Part shown: one piece after another, positions 38,062 to 46,814 of the stretch | How positions within the stretch are numbered: position 1 is the stretch's first letter | How the letters are laid out: every line of letters begins with the position of its first letter | Source: Candidatus Woesearchaeota archaeon | Lineage (GTDB): Archaea; Nanobdellota; Nanobdellia; Pacearchaeales; GW2011-AR1 | DNA: 64,000 bases | Direction of reading: 5' to 3' | Assembly: GCA_964465795.1 (NCBI GenBank) | Contig: CAYXLD010000001.1 | Coordinates: 5,127 to 69,126, forward strand | Program-made: the position numbers and the translations under genes | The notes under the pieces: model-generated | Databases searched by the model: none | Told to the model about the DNA's origin: nothing | What the model saw: the letters and a program-made list of their open reading frames with translations, nothing else

Positions 38062-38672
38062 TTGCACAAAAAAAGCAGAAAAAAATATTATTCTAAAGCA
38101 CCATCTAATAATAGTTATCAAAGAATTTATTTAGAAAAATATAACATAATTATGTTAATAGATGGCCATGAAGAATTAAAACAGCCCCTATTGCAGAAAA
38201 ATTTAGAATCTGTTGTAGAAAATACATTAAATAAAAATATTTACAGTCCAAAATCTAAAAAAGATTCAAAAATAATTTCTCTAGAAGACAAACTAAAAGA
38301 AATAAGGCCTAAGGTTTCTCCATTAGAAAATTATCATCCTGAAGAAAAAGAAGAAGATATTACATACTATCTTGAATTTTTAAAATATAAGGAAAAATTA
38401 AATGCAAAAGAATCTCTCAATAGAGGCTCAAAAAGCGGCGCATCAGTGTTTATGTTCCTCAATCATCACTGCCATCAGGTCCAGGGTATAAAGTTCTTGG
38501 CATGTACGTCCCCTCAACACATACAATATATATCTCAAAAGATCTGCCAGAATATCAAAAGCAATTTGTATATCATCATGAAGTTGCCCATGCTCTAGGT
38601 ATAAAAAATGAGGCAATGGCTAATAGCTACGCTATCCAGCAAGTCGGCTATAATTTGCGAAGAGCAACTTAA
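38062..38672 (+). pseudogene. Frameshifted gene: the N-terminal 178-aa ORF (38062..38598) continues in another frame (~38424..38672) into an HExxH-containing C-terminus
   Basis: The alternate frame reads ...VYVPQSSLPSGPGYKVLGMYVPSTHTIYISKDLPEYQKQFVYHHEVAHALGIKNEAMANSYAIQQVGYNLRRAT*. This looks like the end of a small Zn-metallopeptidase-like protein. Confidence 0.3.
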
Positions 38673-38679
38673 ATTAAAA

Positions 38680-38751
38680 TGGGCCTACGAGGAATTGAAC
38701 CTCGATTGCCCGGTCCGAAGCCGGGAAGTCTATCCATTAACTTATAAGCCC
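38680..38751 (-). tRNA. tRNA-Arg (anticodon TCG)
   Basis: Minus strand reads GGGCTTA-TA-AGTT-AATGGATA-GACT-T-CCCGG-CTTCGGA-CCGGG-CAAT-CGAGG-TTCAATT-CCTCG-TAGGCCC-A, a good cloverleaf with a 7-bp acceptor stem and GTTCAATTC T-loop. Confidence 0.7.
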
Positions 38752-38795
38752 ATAAAAAGAATTAAATAATTCGCCTTTTTAATCTTATTGAAAAA

Positions 38796-39923
38796 ATGAC
38801 AAAAACAATTCTGGCAATATCAATTATATTAGGCACAATGATAGGGGCAGGGATCTATGGTATTCCTTATATCGTAATGAAATCAGGCCTTATAATAGGC
38901 ATAGCCCAAATAATATTAATTGCTCTTATCATTGCAATAACAACTCTGTATCTTGGCGAGATCACATTAAGAACTAAAGGAAATCATCATCTTGTAGGAT
39001 ATGCAGAAAAATATCTTGGCAGTAAAGGAAAAATCCTTATGACTATTTCAATTATTTTTGGAATATATTCTGCTGTACTCGCATATCTTATTGGAATAAG
39101 CGAATCACTTAGCTTCCTAATTTATAATAATCCTCATCATTCGCTAAAGTTGGGAATTTTCTTCTGGTTATTAATGTCTATCTTTTCATATAGTGGAATA
39201 AAAGCTCTAAAAAATGGAGAATTCATCGGGGTATCGACAGTCTTGATTTTTATAATTTCAATATCTGCATTTTTTGCGAATAAAATAGATTTTGATAATC
39301 TAATATATAGCAACAATTTAAACCAATTAAATGTTTTAATGCCTTTTGGAGTTATTCTTTTTGCATTCCTAAGTTATTCAATCATTCCAGAAGTAAAAAA
39401 TATTCTGGGAGATTATAAAAAGAATATGAAAAAATCAATAATATTTGCAGTTATAATAGCCGCGTTAATTTATATTTTATTTGCAATTATCGTTATAGGC
39501 CTCCAAGGTACAAATACGCCTAAAATAGCAACTCTCTCTTTAGGAAAACCTTTTATTCTTTTAGGAATTATAACCATGTTTAATGCATATCTCGCTCTTT
39601 CAATATCCTTAATAGATACCTTAAATCTAGATTTTAATCAGACAAAGTTCAAATCTTGGATCTTAACAATTTTTATGCCATTAATCCTATTTATTATTTT
39701 ATCCTTTACAAATTCAAAGGATTTTACTAAAGTAATTGGTTTAGGTGGAGTCATCTCCGGAGGTTTAATATCTATACTTATTTTAAATATTGTTGATAGA
39801 GCAAAAATTTTAGGAAACAGGCATCCAGAGTATTCTATTTCTACATCTAAAATACTAAATTATATTTTAATATTAATATTTATTTTAGGAACAATTTTAG
39901 AAATAACTAGTTTCTTCCAATAA
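38796..39923 (+). CDS. APC-superfamily amino acid permease
   Basis: About 12 predicted TM helices. The N-terminal GTMIGAGIYGIPY motif is typical of amino-acid/polyamine transporters. Confidence 0.6.
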   Translation: MTKTILAISIILGTMIGAGIYGIPYIVMKSGLIIGIAQIILIALIIAITTLYLGEITLRTKGNHHLVGYAEKYLGSKGKILMTISIIFGIYSAVLAYLIGISESLSFLIYNNPHHSLKLGIFFWLLMSIFSYSGIKALKNGEFIGVSTVLIFIISISAFFANKIDFDNLIYSNNLNQLNVLMPFGVILFAFLSYSIIPEVKNILGDYKKNMKKSIIFAVIIAALIYILFAIIVIGLQGTNTPKIATLSLGKPFILLGIITMFNAYLALSISLIDTLNLDFNQTKFKSWILTIFMPLILFIILSFTNSKDFTKVIGLGGVISGGLISILILNIVDRAKILGNRHPEYSISTSKILNYILILIFILGTILEITSFFQ

Positions 39924-40191
39924 TTCTAGTTAGATTGCCTTTTTTTATAACAAATATGGCCCATGACACAATTATAATAAATGATAAAACTGCAGCCAAT
40001 ATTGAAGAAACGAAAATACTTACTACATTGCTACTTACTGTTCCAGGGGGCGAGGATAAAAGTACATCTCCAAAATTAGATTGAATTCCTTGTCCGACAT
40101 TAAAAAAAACTAATTTAAATAAGCTATAAAATGAAAAAAATAATCCGACAAGCACTATCAAAACTAAAAACAAAACAATAAATGAGTTCAT
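39907..40191 (-). CDS. Small membrane protein
   Basis: Two or three hydrophobic helices; ORF only. Confidence 0.3.
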   Translation of the reverse strand: MNSFIVLFLVLIVLVGLFFSFYSLFKLVFFNVGQGIQSNFGDVLLSSPPGTVSSNVVSIFVSSILAAVLSFIIIVSWAIFVIKKGNLTRIIGRN

Positions 40192-41570
40192 TTTAATATC
40201 TCCTTCAATATTTCTCGAGCAATAATAAAATCAGCTCTTCTATTTGTTTTTTTCATTATTTCTCCCATCAAATAATTAAATGCATTCTGCTCACCTTTCT
40301 TGTAGTCTCCTACAACTTTCGGATTCTGTTTAATAACCTCTCTGGCAACTCTTTCAACCTCCCTTTTATCTGATAGCTTGGCCTCTTTCTCAACTAAAGA
40401 TCTAACAGAAAAACTCTTCGGAAAGAACTGCTTTAAAAGTTGTTTTCCCTTTAAAACGCTGATCTTTCCATTTTTAACATTTTCCAGTAATTCAACAAAA
40501 TGCTCAATTTTGATATCAAACTTATCTAAACTAGTCTTATTATCATTTAATAATCTAAACAATTCTACTGTGATCCATGGCAAAGCAAATTTTGCGTCTA
40601 TTTTTTCAGCAACTTTCTCAAAAAATTCAGCTACATCAATATGTTGTACAAGAACTTCTGCATCAGTACTCCCGATTTTAAACTTATTTATTATTCTAAA
40701 AAGTTTCTTTTCAGGATTTTCAGGTAATTTTTTTCTAATAATATTGATCATTTTGTCATCTAAAGCTATATCCTGTAAATCTGGGTCAGAAATAAACCTA
40801 TAGTCCTCTGCATCTTCTTTTCCTCGCATTCTGAAAGTTTTTCCCTTGGCATCATCATACCTTCGCGTTTCTCGCTCACTGCCTTCTCTTTCCTGTCTAT
40901 CCAATTCATAATCGATTGCTTTTCTTATATTTTCCAGTGAATTCAAATTCTTTATCTCGACTCTTTCAGTCTTATTAGGAATACTTACATTGACATCGAC
41001 TTTTATTCCAGCGTTTCCATCTACAGATTTTAAGTAGGATAAATTATGTAGCAAAATTCTAAGCCAGCTGATAACTTCTCCAGAACTAGTAAAAGCCGGC
41101 GCAGTAATTATTTCAACCAAAGGTAATCCAGATCTATTATAATCAACACATCCTGTATTTGGGTCCCATGAAGCAGGATCTTCTTCAAGGTGCATACTCC
41201 ATATTTCAATTCCATAAAATTTCCCATCAATTCCAATTCCTTTTACATTTCCTGAAATAGTATTTTGGTATCCTTTAGGCAAGTCAGGCCAATCGTAATG
41301 TTTTCTCTGCCATACTAAGTTTTTATTTATTTCGCATCCCAACATTAAACCAATTCTTATCGCTTGTTTAATAGCCTCTAAATTAGGCAACATTGGTTTT
41401 GCACCAGGCTGCCCCGTGCAAATTGGGCAGATATAAATATTAGGTTTTAGCCCTTTTTCTCTTGACGCGATACATTCGCAGAATAACTTCTCTCTCGTCA
41501 CAAGATAAGTATGAACTTCAAGTCCAATCATTCCTTTGATAAGTTTTTGCATTTCCTGCTCTTGAATCAT
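40188..41570 (-). CDS. gatB: Aspartyl/glutamyl-tRNA amidotransferase subunit B
   Basis: N-terminus IGLEVHTYLVTREKLFCEC matches the GatB IGLE.H.QL.T.TKLFC pattern; C-terminal YqeY-like domain. gatA is present. The assignment versus GatE is tentative. Confidence 0.6.
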   Translation of the reverse strand: MIQEQEMQKLIKGMIGLEVHTYLVTREKLFCECIASREKGLKPNIYICPICTGQPGAKPMLPNLEAIKQAIRIGLMLGCEINKNLVWQRKHYDWPDLPKGYQNTISGNVKGIGIDGKFYGIEIWSMHLEEDPASWDPNTGCVDYNRSGLPLVEIITAPAFTSSGEVISWLRILLHNLSYLKSVDGNAGIKVDVNVSIPNKTERVEIKNLNSLENIRKAIDYELDRQEREGSERETRRYDDAKGKTFRMRGKEDAEDYRFISDPDLQDIALDDKMINIIRKKLPENPEKKLFRIINKFKIGSTDAEVLVQHIDVAEFFEKVAEKIDAKFALPWITVELFRLLNDNKTSLDKFDIKIEHFVELLENVKNGKISVLKGKQLLKQFFPKSFSVRSLVEKEAKLSDKREVERVAREVIKQNPKVVGDYKKGEQNAFNYLMGEIMKKTNRRADFIIAREILKEILK

Positions 41571-41803
41571 CTTTTAAATAATAAATACTCTTATAAAAAT
41601 CTATCTAAACTAATATTAAATCAAAAAATCCTTGCGGTTTTCTTCAAAAATTCTCGACATAATTAAATTATTGTGCTGGTTTCAATTTCAGCAAACAAGC
41701 ACATTTAAATACCCTAAAATTCACATTATTTAAATTAATAATGTTGCGTATAGAAATAGCGGTCAAAAGACCAATCTATTTCTTTATAATAAACTTTACT
41801 AAA

Positions 41804-43165
41804 ATGGAAAGCTTTAGGAAATTAGGCTTAAGCGAAAATATATTAAAAGTCATAAAGGAAGCGAATTTTGAAAAACCTAGTGAGATACAGGAAAAATCAA
41901 TACCTTTAGTACTGCAAGGAAAAGACGTAATAGGAAAAAGTGCCACTGGTTCTGGAAAAACTCTTGCATTCGGTTCTGGTATAATTGAAAAGGTAGAGAA
42001 AAATAAAGGCGTTCAGGCCCTTGTTTTAACTCCAACAAGAGAATTAGCAGAACAGGTAACTCAAAACATAAGGAAATTCGCAAGAAATTATAATATCAAT
42101 ATTCTTGACGTATATGGGGGGGTATCAATAAATAATCAAATTCATAGAATAAAAAGTGCAGAAGTTATTGTAGGAACACCGGGAAGAATATTAGATCATC
42201 TTCAAAAAAGAACTTTAAACCTGCAAAATTTATCTATTTTGGTGTTAGACGAAGCAGATAGAATGTCTGATATGGGTTTTCTCCCAGACGTTGAAAAAAT
42301 AATTAAATCCTGCCCAAAAAACAGGCAGACATTACTATTTTCAGCTACAATATCTGCAGACGTAAACTACATCGCAGAAAATTATATGCATTCTCCAGAA
42401 TATATTTCAGTCAAATCTTACATAGAGCCTGAAAAATTAAAGCAGACTTATTACGATATTTCTCAGCATTCCAAATTTTCTCTTCTAGCGCACCTATTAA
42501 AAGCAGATAAATCAAACCTAGTCATGGTATTTTGCAATACAAGAAGAACAGCTGATTTAATTGCAAGAAACTTGCAAAGGATAGGGCTAAAAGCAACCGC
42601 CATTCATGGTGGAAGAACCCAAAATAAAAGAAACGATATTATGGAGCAATTTCATAAAGGGGAAATACACATACTGGTCTGTACAGATGTTGCTGCCCGC
42701 GGTTTAGACATAAAAAACGTCACTCATATTTACAACTACGACATACCTAAAAGCAGCACAGATTACATTCATAGAATAGGCAGAACAGCAAGGGCAGGAA
42801 ACGAAGGAGAAGCTATCAGCCTAATCACAGATAAAGATTATCAAGATTTTAATAAAATAGTTTCAGATAGGGCTATCTCAATAATTGCTAAGGAATTGCC
42901 TAATTTTGAGAGTATTCAATTTCAGCTTCCAGAAAAAAGCTTCCATAGGCAAGCTCATAGGAGCAGATTCTCGAGGGGGAGGCCAAATTTCTCAAGTAAT
43001 TATAATAGTAGAGAAAAATTTAACAGAAATAAAAATGAAAGAAAACCATTTAGAGACAGAGGAAGATTCTCTCAGAATAGAAATGAAAGAAGATATGGAA
43101 AAAGAAATGAGGATCAAGGAAAAAAATATGGCTCAAGACATAGAAGTTTCTCAAGGAGATATTAG
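41804..43165 (+). CDS. DEAD-box ATP-dependent RNA helicase with a basic R/G/S-rich C-terminal tail
   Basis: Q-motif (FEKPSEIQ), motif I AKSATGSGKT, motif Ia PTRELA, DEAD (VLDEADRM), SAT, HRIGRTAR. The start is taken at MESFRKLGL. Confidence 0.85.
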   Translation: MESFRKLGLSENILKVIKEANFEKPSEIQEKSIPLVLQGKDVIGKSATGSGKTLAFGSGIIEKVEKNKGVQALVLTPTRELAEQVTQNIRKFARNYNINILDVYGGVSINNQIHRIKSAEVIVGTPGRILDHLQKRTLNLQNLSILVLDEADRMSDMGFLPDVEKIIKSCPKNRQTLLFSATISADVNYIAENYMHSPEYISVKSYIEPEKLKQTYYDISQHSKFSLLAHLLKADKSNLVMVFCNTRRTADLIARNLQRIGLKATAIHGGRTQNKRNDIMEQFHKGEIHILVCTDVAARGLDIKNVTHIYNYDIPKSSTDYIHRIGRTARAGNEGEAISLITDKDYQDFNKIVSDRAISIIAKELPNFESIQFQLPEKSFHRQAHRSRFSRGRPNFSSNYNSREKFNRNKNERKPFRDRGRFSQNRNERRYGKRNEDQGKKYGSRHRSFSRRY

Positions 43166-43314
43166 AATATTATAAAATTAAATATCAAAATCATATAAAG
43201 CAGGCAAATTTATGATTCTGGAAAAACAAAGCTTAAAAATATCTCTTCAATCAGATAATTTCTCGCAGCTTTGCTCAAAGTTATGCGAGAAAGAAATAGT
43301 AAAAGAGGACCTTT

Positions 43315-43629
43315 TTATAGATTAAAAAATGTCTTATTTAAATAATCCTCATTCCTTCTAATTGTTTCAAAATGTTCTTTAGAAAACAATCCCTTATATC
43401 TCTCATTTTTTGAATAAACCTCTTTAGAGAATTCATAACCATCTCTGCATATATCGCATGATTTAATATGCTTATAAATCTCTAATATAAATTCTCTATT
43501 CCCTGTGTTAGTTGATGCACATTCAACTACTGCCAAACCAGAAACATAAAGCAAAATATCCAAGCCTGAAATTTTAGAACATACTTTGTTTCTTTCATCA
43601 TTATTCAGTTCGTCAATTATTTTTTCCAT
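43315..43629 (-). CDS. Hypothetical small Cys-containing protein
   Basis: ORF only; start taken at MEKIIDEL. Overlaps the 3' end of dys by ~17 nt. Confidence 0.3.
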   Translation of the reverse strand: MEKIIDELNNDERNKVCSKISGLDILLYVSGLAVVECASTNTGNREFILEIYKHIKSCDICRDGYEFSKEVYSKNERYKGLFSKEHFETIRRNEDYLNKTFFNL

Positions 43630-44629
43630 TTTTCTCCTTAGCAAAACTCCTTGCAACCAAAATAGGAAATAATATAGTGGCATCTCCAAAAACTTTGACA
43701 CTTTTTGCATCACCTTTAATTTTTCCCCAAGAAACAGCCTCATCAGGCATTGCGCCGGAATCACTTCCGTCATATTCCATAGAACTATTAATATAAACGC
43801 TATAATCGCATCCGTTTCTTAGCATATTAGAATTGAGTATTGAATGCTTGACAACTCCAGAACCCAATATAATGACGCCTGATTTTTTCAATCCAATCGT
43901 AGTATTATTCAATCTTTTCACATCTTCAACTAAGTCTATCTTAAAATTCTCATTGCTTAATGAGAAAAAATAAATGTTATCTCCTAAAGCTCCATCTGTC
44001 AGTGCAGGGCAGAAAATTCTTATTTTATTCTTCCAAGCCCAATAACAAATACTCTTTTCATCATTAATCCTCTCTCCAATTTTCCATATCAAATCATTGC
44101 CGCAAATAATTTCTTCTGTCCTTTTCTGTTCTTCATAAATTTCTTTCAATAATGGCTGCATAAATTTCTCAAACTCAATATATCTATTGTTGGGCGCGAA
44201 TATATTTCCTATCCTATTGATTCCCTTCTCTCTCAATTCTTTTCCATCAGCTCTAAAGTCTCCTAAAATAAAATCTCCAAAGCATTTGATAATATCTTCT
44301 TCAATACCGCCGCAAGTCGTAACAATTGCATCAATTTTCTTATTCTCAACTAAATATCTAAAAATATCTCTCAATCCAGAGCTAACCATATTTGAAGTAT
44401 ACCCTAGAAATATAAACGCCTTTTCTTTAATCATACTATTGGCGATATCTATTGCTTTAGACAAATACGAAGCCTGAAATCCGCTAGATGCAAAACTCTC
44501 AATAATTTTATTATAATCAACTCCCTTATTAAAGTCATATCCTTTAATTGCAGCCCCTTCAATCTCTTCGCTTTTTCTAAATAAATTTCTTCTTGCAATT
44601 TCTTCAATTTTCCTATTTTCATTTTCCAT
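43613..44629 (-). CDS. dys: Deoxyhypusine synthase
   Basis: N-terminal YDFNKGVDYNKII and the central GGIEEDIIKC, LGSGVVKHSILNSN motifs are characteristic of DHS. 338 aa. Confidence 0.75.
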   Translation of the reverse strand: MENENRKIEEIARRNLFRKSEEIEGAAIKGYDFNKGVDYNKIIESFASSGFQASYLSKAIDIANSMIKEKAFIFLGYTSNMVSSGLRDIFRYLVENKKIDAIVTTCGGIEEDIIKCFGDFILGDFRADGKELREKGINRIGNIFAPNNRYIEFEKFMQPLLKEIYEEQKRTEEIICGNDLIWKIGERINDEKSICYWAWKNKIRIFCPALTDGALGDNIYFFSLSNENFKIDLVEDVKRLNNTTIGLKKSGVIILGSGVVKHSILNSNMLRNGCDYSVYINSSMEYDGSDSGAMPDEAVSWGKIKGDAKSVKVFGDATILFPILVARSFAKEKNGKNN

Positions 44630-44677
44630 AGAAAAAAACCCTTTTCTTGGTATATAAATCTTTATTTTGATTTAAAC

Positions 44678-45721
44678 CTAGCCCCCGCCAAATCTTCTCT
44701 TGCGTTGCCCGTATTCCTTAATAGCTTTATGTAATTCCCAGATTCCAAATTCAGGAAAATAAGCTTGGGAAAAATAAAGCTCAGCATAAACAGATTGAAA
44801 AGGCATAAACCCGCTAATTCTTTGCTCTCCAGATGTTCTAATAATTAAATCAGGATCAGGAATGTCTTTTGTATCTAAATACCTTGAAAATTCTTCCTCT
44901 TCAATCTTTCTAATTCCATCTTTTAACATTTTACTCACTGCCCTTAATATTTCATCTCTACCACCGTAATCTAAGCATAATAAAACCTCGAAATTATTGT
45001 ATTTTTCTGTCTCTTTCTCCAGCTCTTGCAAAGATTTAATTAAATTTCTTGGCAGTCTATCTTTTCTGCCTATATGTCTAAACCTTATCTCATTTTCCTT
45101 CGCAAATTTCATAAACCTTTTTACTCCTCCCAGCAACATATCAAAAATAGCTCTTTTCTCTTCATCGCTCCTTTTCCAGTTTTCAGTAGAGAATCCCCAG
45201 ATTGAGATATATTTAACTCCGATATTTTTTGCTTCCTTTAATAATGATTCAATATTGCTATAGCTCCCTGATTTATAATGCCCGAAATGAGATTCTAGCC
45301 CTCTAAATTTAGCCCATCTTCTATTTCCATCAGGAATTATTGCAACATGTTGAGGAATGCTCGTGAATTTTCCATTTTCTGCCGAATATCCAAAAATTCC
45401 TTTCAAAAGCCTAAATATACTCTTCAACTTATCAATAAAAAAATTTCCCTCTCTAACAATTTTGAAATCATTTGATGCTCTGTCAATATTGCTCCAAGAT
45501 ACATCTATATCCTCTACTTTTGACAATCCCGGGCTGGTTTTTATCCAATCTATCATCCTATTAATTTCCTTTCTATCTCCCTGTGCAACAATTAAAACTC
45601 CTCCATCAGGCAGATTAATAACGCTGCCTTTCAATCCTAAGTCCCCTGCATACTTCTTTACTTGCTTTCTGAAATGTATTCCCTGTAATCTTCCCTTAGC
45701 TTCAATTCTTGCTTCCTTCAT
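44678..45721 (-). CDS. uppS: Fusion protein: N-terminal acylphosphatase domain plus C-terminal cis-prenyltransferase (undecaprenyl-diphosphate synthase-like)
   Basis: Residues 1-90 carry acylphosphatase signatures (EAKGRLQGIHFR...GSVINLPDGGVLIVAQG). The rest carries UppS motifs (HVAIIPDGNRRWA, GFSTENWKR, IRTSGEQRISGF). Confidence 0.75.
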   Translation of the reverse strand: MKEARIEAKGRLQGIHFRKQVKKYAGDLGLKGSVINLPDGGVLIVAQGDRKEINRMIDWIKTSPGLSKVEDIDVSWSNIDRASNDFKIVREGNFFIDKLKSIFRLLKGIFGYSAENGKFTSIPQHVAIIPDGNRRWAKFRGLESHFGHYKSGSYSNIESLLKEAKNIGVKYISIWGFSTENWKRSDEEKRAIFDMLLGGVKRFMKFAKENEIRFRHIGRKDRLPRNLIKSLQELEKETEKYNNFEVLLCLDYGGRDEILRAVSKMLKDGIRKIEEEEFSRYLDTKDIPDPDLIIRTSGEQRISGFMPFQSVYAELYFSQAYFPEFGIWELHKAIKEYGQRKRRFGGG

Positions 45722-46772
45722 TATTTGCCTCCAGAATTAATTCATCTTTAAATCTCTCTAAATCATTGCTCTGTATCCGTGCTCCAACAGCATCTTCATG
45801 GCCTCCGCCACTAGCATTCTCAAATTTCTTTAAAACTTTTTCCAAAATATTTTTAACATTTTTCCCCCTTAAAGAAACATTAGACACCTCTCCTTTCTTA
45901 TAAGCAACAGCAACATATTTTTTAGGATATAAATATGAAAGCTCATTCGCAATATCTGCACTAATGCTTAATTCTCCACTATACTGAAAAAATAAAAGTT
46001 TGCCCTTTGCATTCTTTATTGCTATTTCAAGTAAAGAATCATATTTTTTCCTTATTTCCCTATATTTCTTCCTAAAAGAATAATTTTCCTTAACTTCCAA
46101 AAATATTTCATCAGGTCCTTTGCAGGAAATCAAGAAATTTTGCAAATGAACAATATTACTAGTGCTGTCTTTCAGCCCAAAATTTAAGGCCAGAGCAATT
46201 TTCCCTATTTCTGTTCTGTAATATGCATCGAAGGGTTCAACTACTTTTCCCCAGAATTCACTATACCCTGCTCCAAATTCTTCCGCATAATCCGGCATAT
46301 AATGATCAGCAATACATCCAATAATTCCAAGCCATAAGTCTTCTTTCCTTCCGCAAAGTTTCATGCACCAATAACTAACTGGCTCCTCACTCCTGTTCTT
46401 TTCTGAATTCTTTGTAGGATTATAAACAAAAAAATTCTTCAGACCATTAGCAAAATCATCTCCACTAACGTCGTGATGATCAATCCATACAATAGGCAGT
46501 CCCAATCTATCTATTTCCTCAATAAATTCTCTGGAAACAACAGGCTTATCCAAAACAAAAACATAATCTGCTTTCAACTCACTTGCTTTTCTCGCATATT
46601 GCTTATTTAAATCAGGAAAACTTCTTACAGCCACACCTCTCCCTCGTCCCAAATACCTTCTTAAAATCAAAAAACTGCATAATCCATCGCAATCATTGTC
46701 ATAATAAAAAATAGGATTTTGCGCGCTCTCAAGATGCTCTTTCAATTCATTCATCTGTTTTTCAGTCAGCAT
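45702..46772 (-). CDS. DHH-DHHA1 phosphoesterase (NrnA/RecJ-like)
   Basis: DHH motif (IVWIDHHDV) and DHHA1 GGGHEDAVGA motif. Confidence 0.7.
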   Translation of the reverse strand: MLTEKQMNELKEHLESAQNPIFYYDNDCDGLCSFLILRRYLGRGRGVAVRSFPDLNKQYARKASELKADYVFVLDKPVVSREFIEEIDRLGLPIVWIDHHDVSGDDFANGLKNFFVYNPTKNSEKNRSEEPVSYWCMKLCGRKEDLWLGIIGCIADHYMPDYAEEFGAGYSEFWGKVVEPFDAYYRTEIGKIALALNFGLKDSTSNIVHLQNFLISCKGPDEIFLEVKENYSFRKKYREIRKKYDSLLEIAIKNAKGKLLFFQYSGELSISADIANELSYLYPKKYVAVAYKKGEVSNVSLRGKNVKNILEKVLKKFENASGGGHEDAVGARIQSNDLERFKDELILEANNEGSKN

Positions 46773-46814
46773 ATAAAATCAAAAAAACACGCTATTTAAA
46801 CTTGCTGAAAGATT

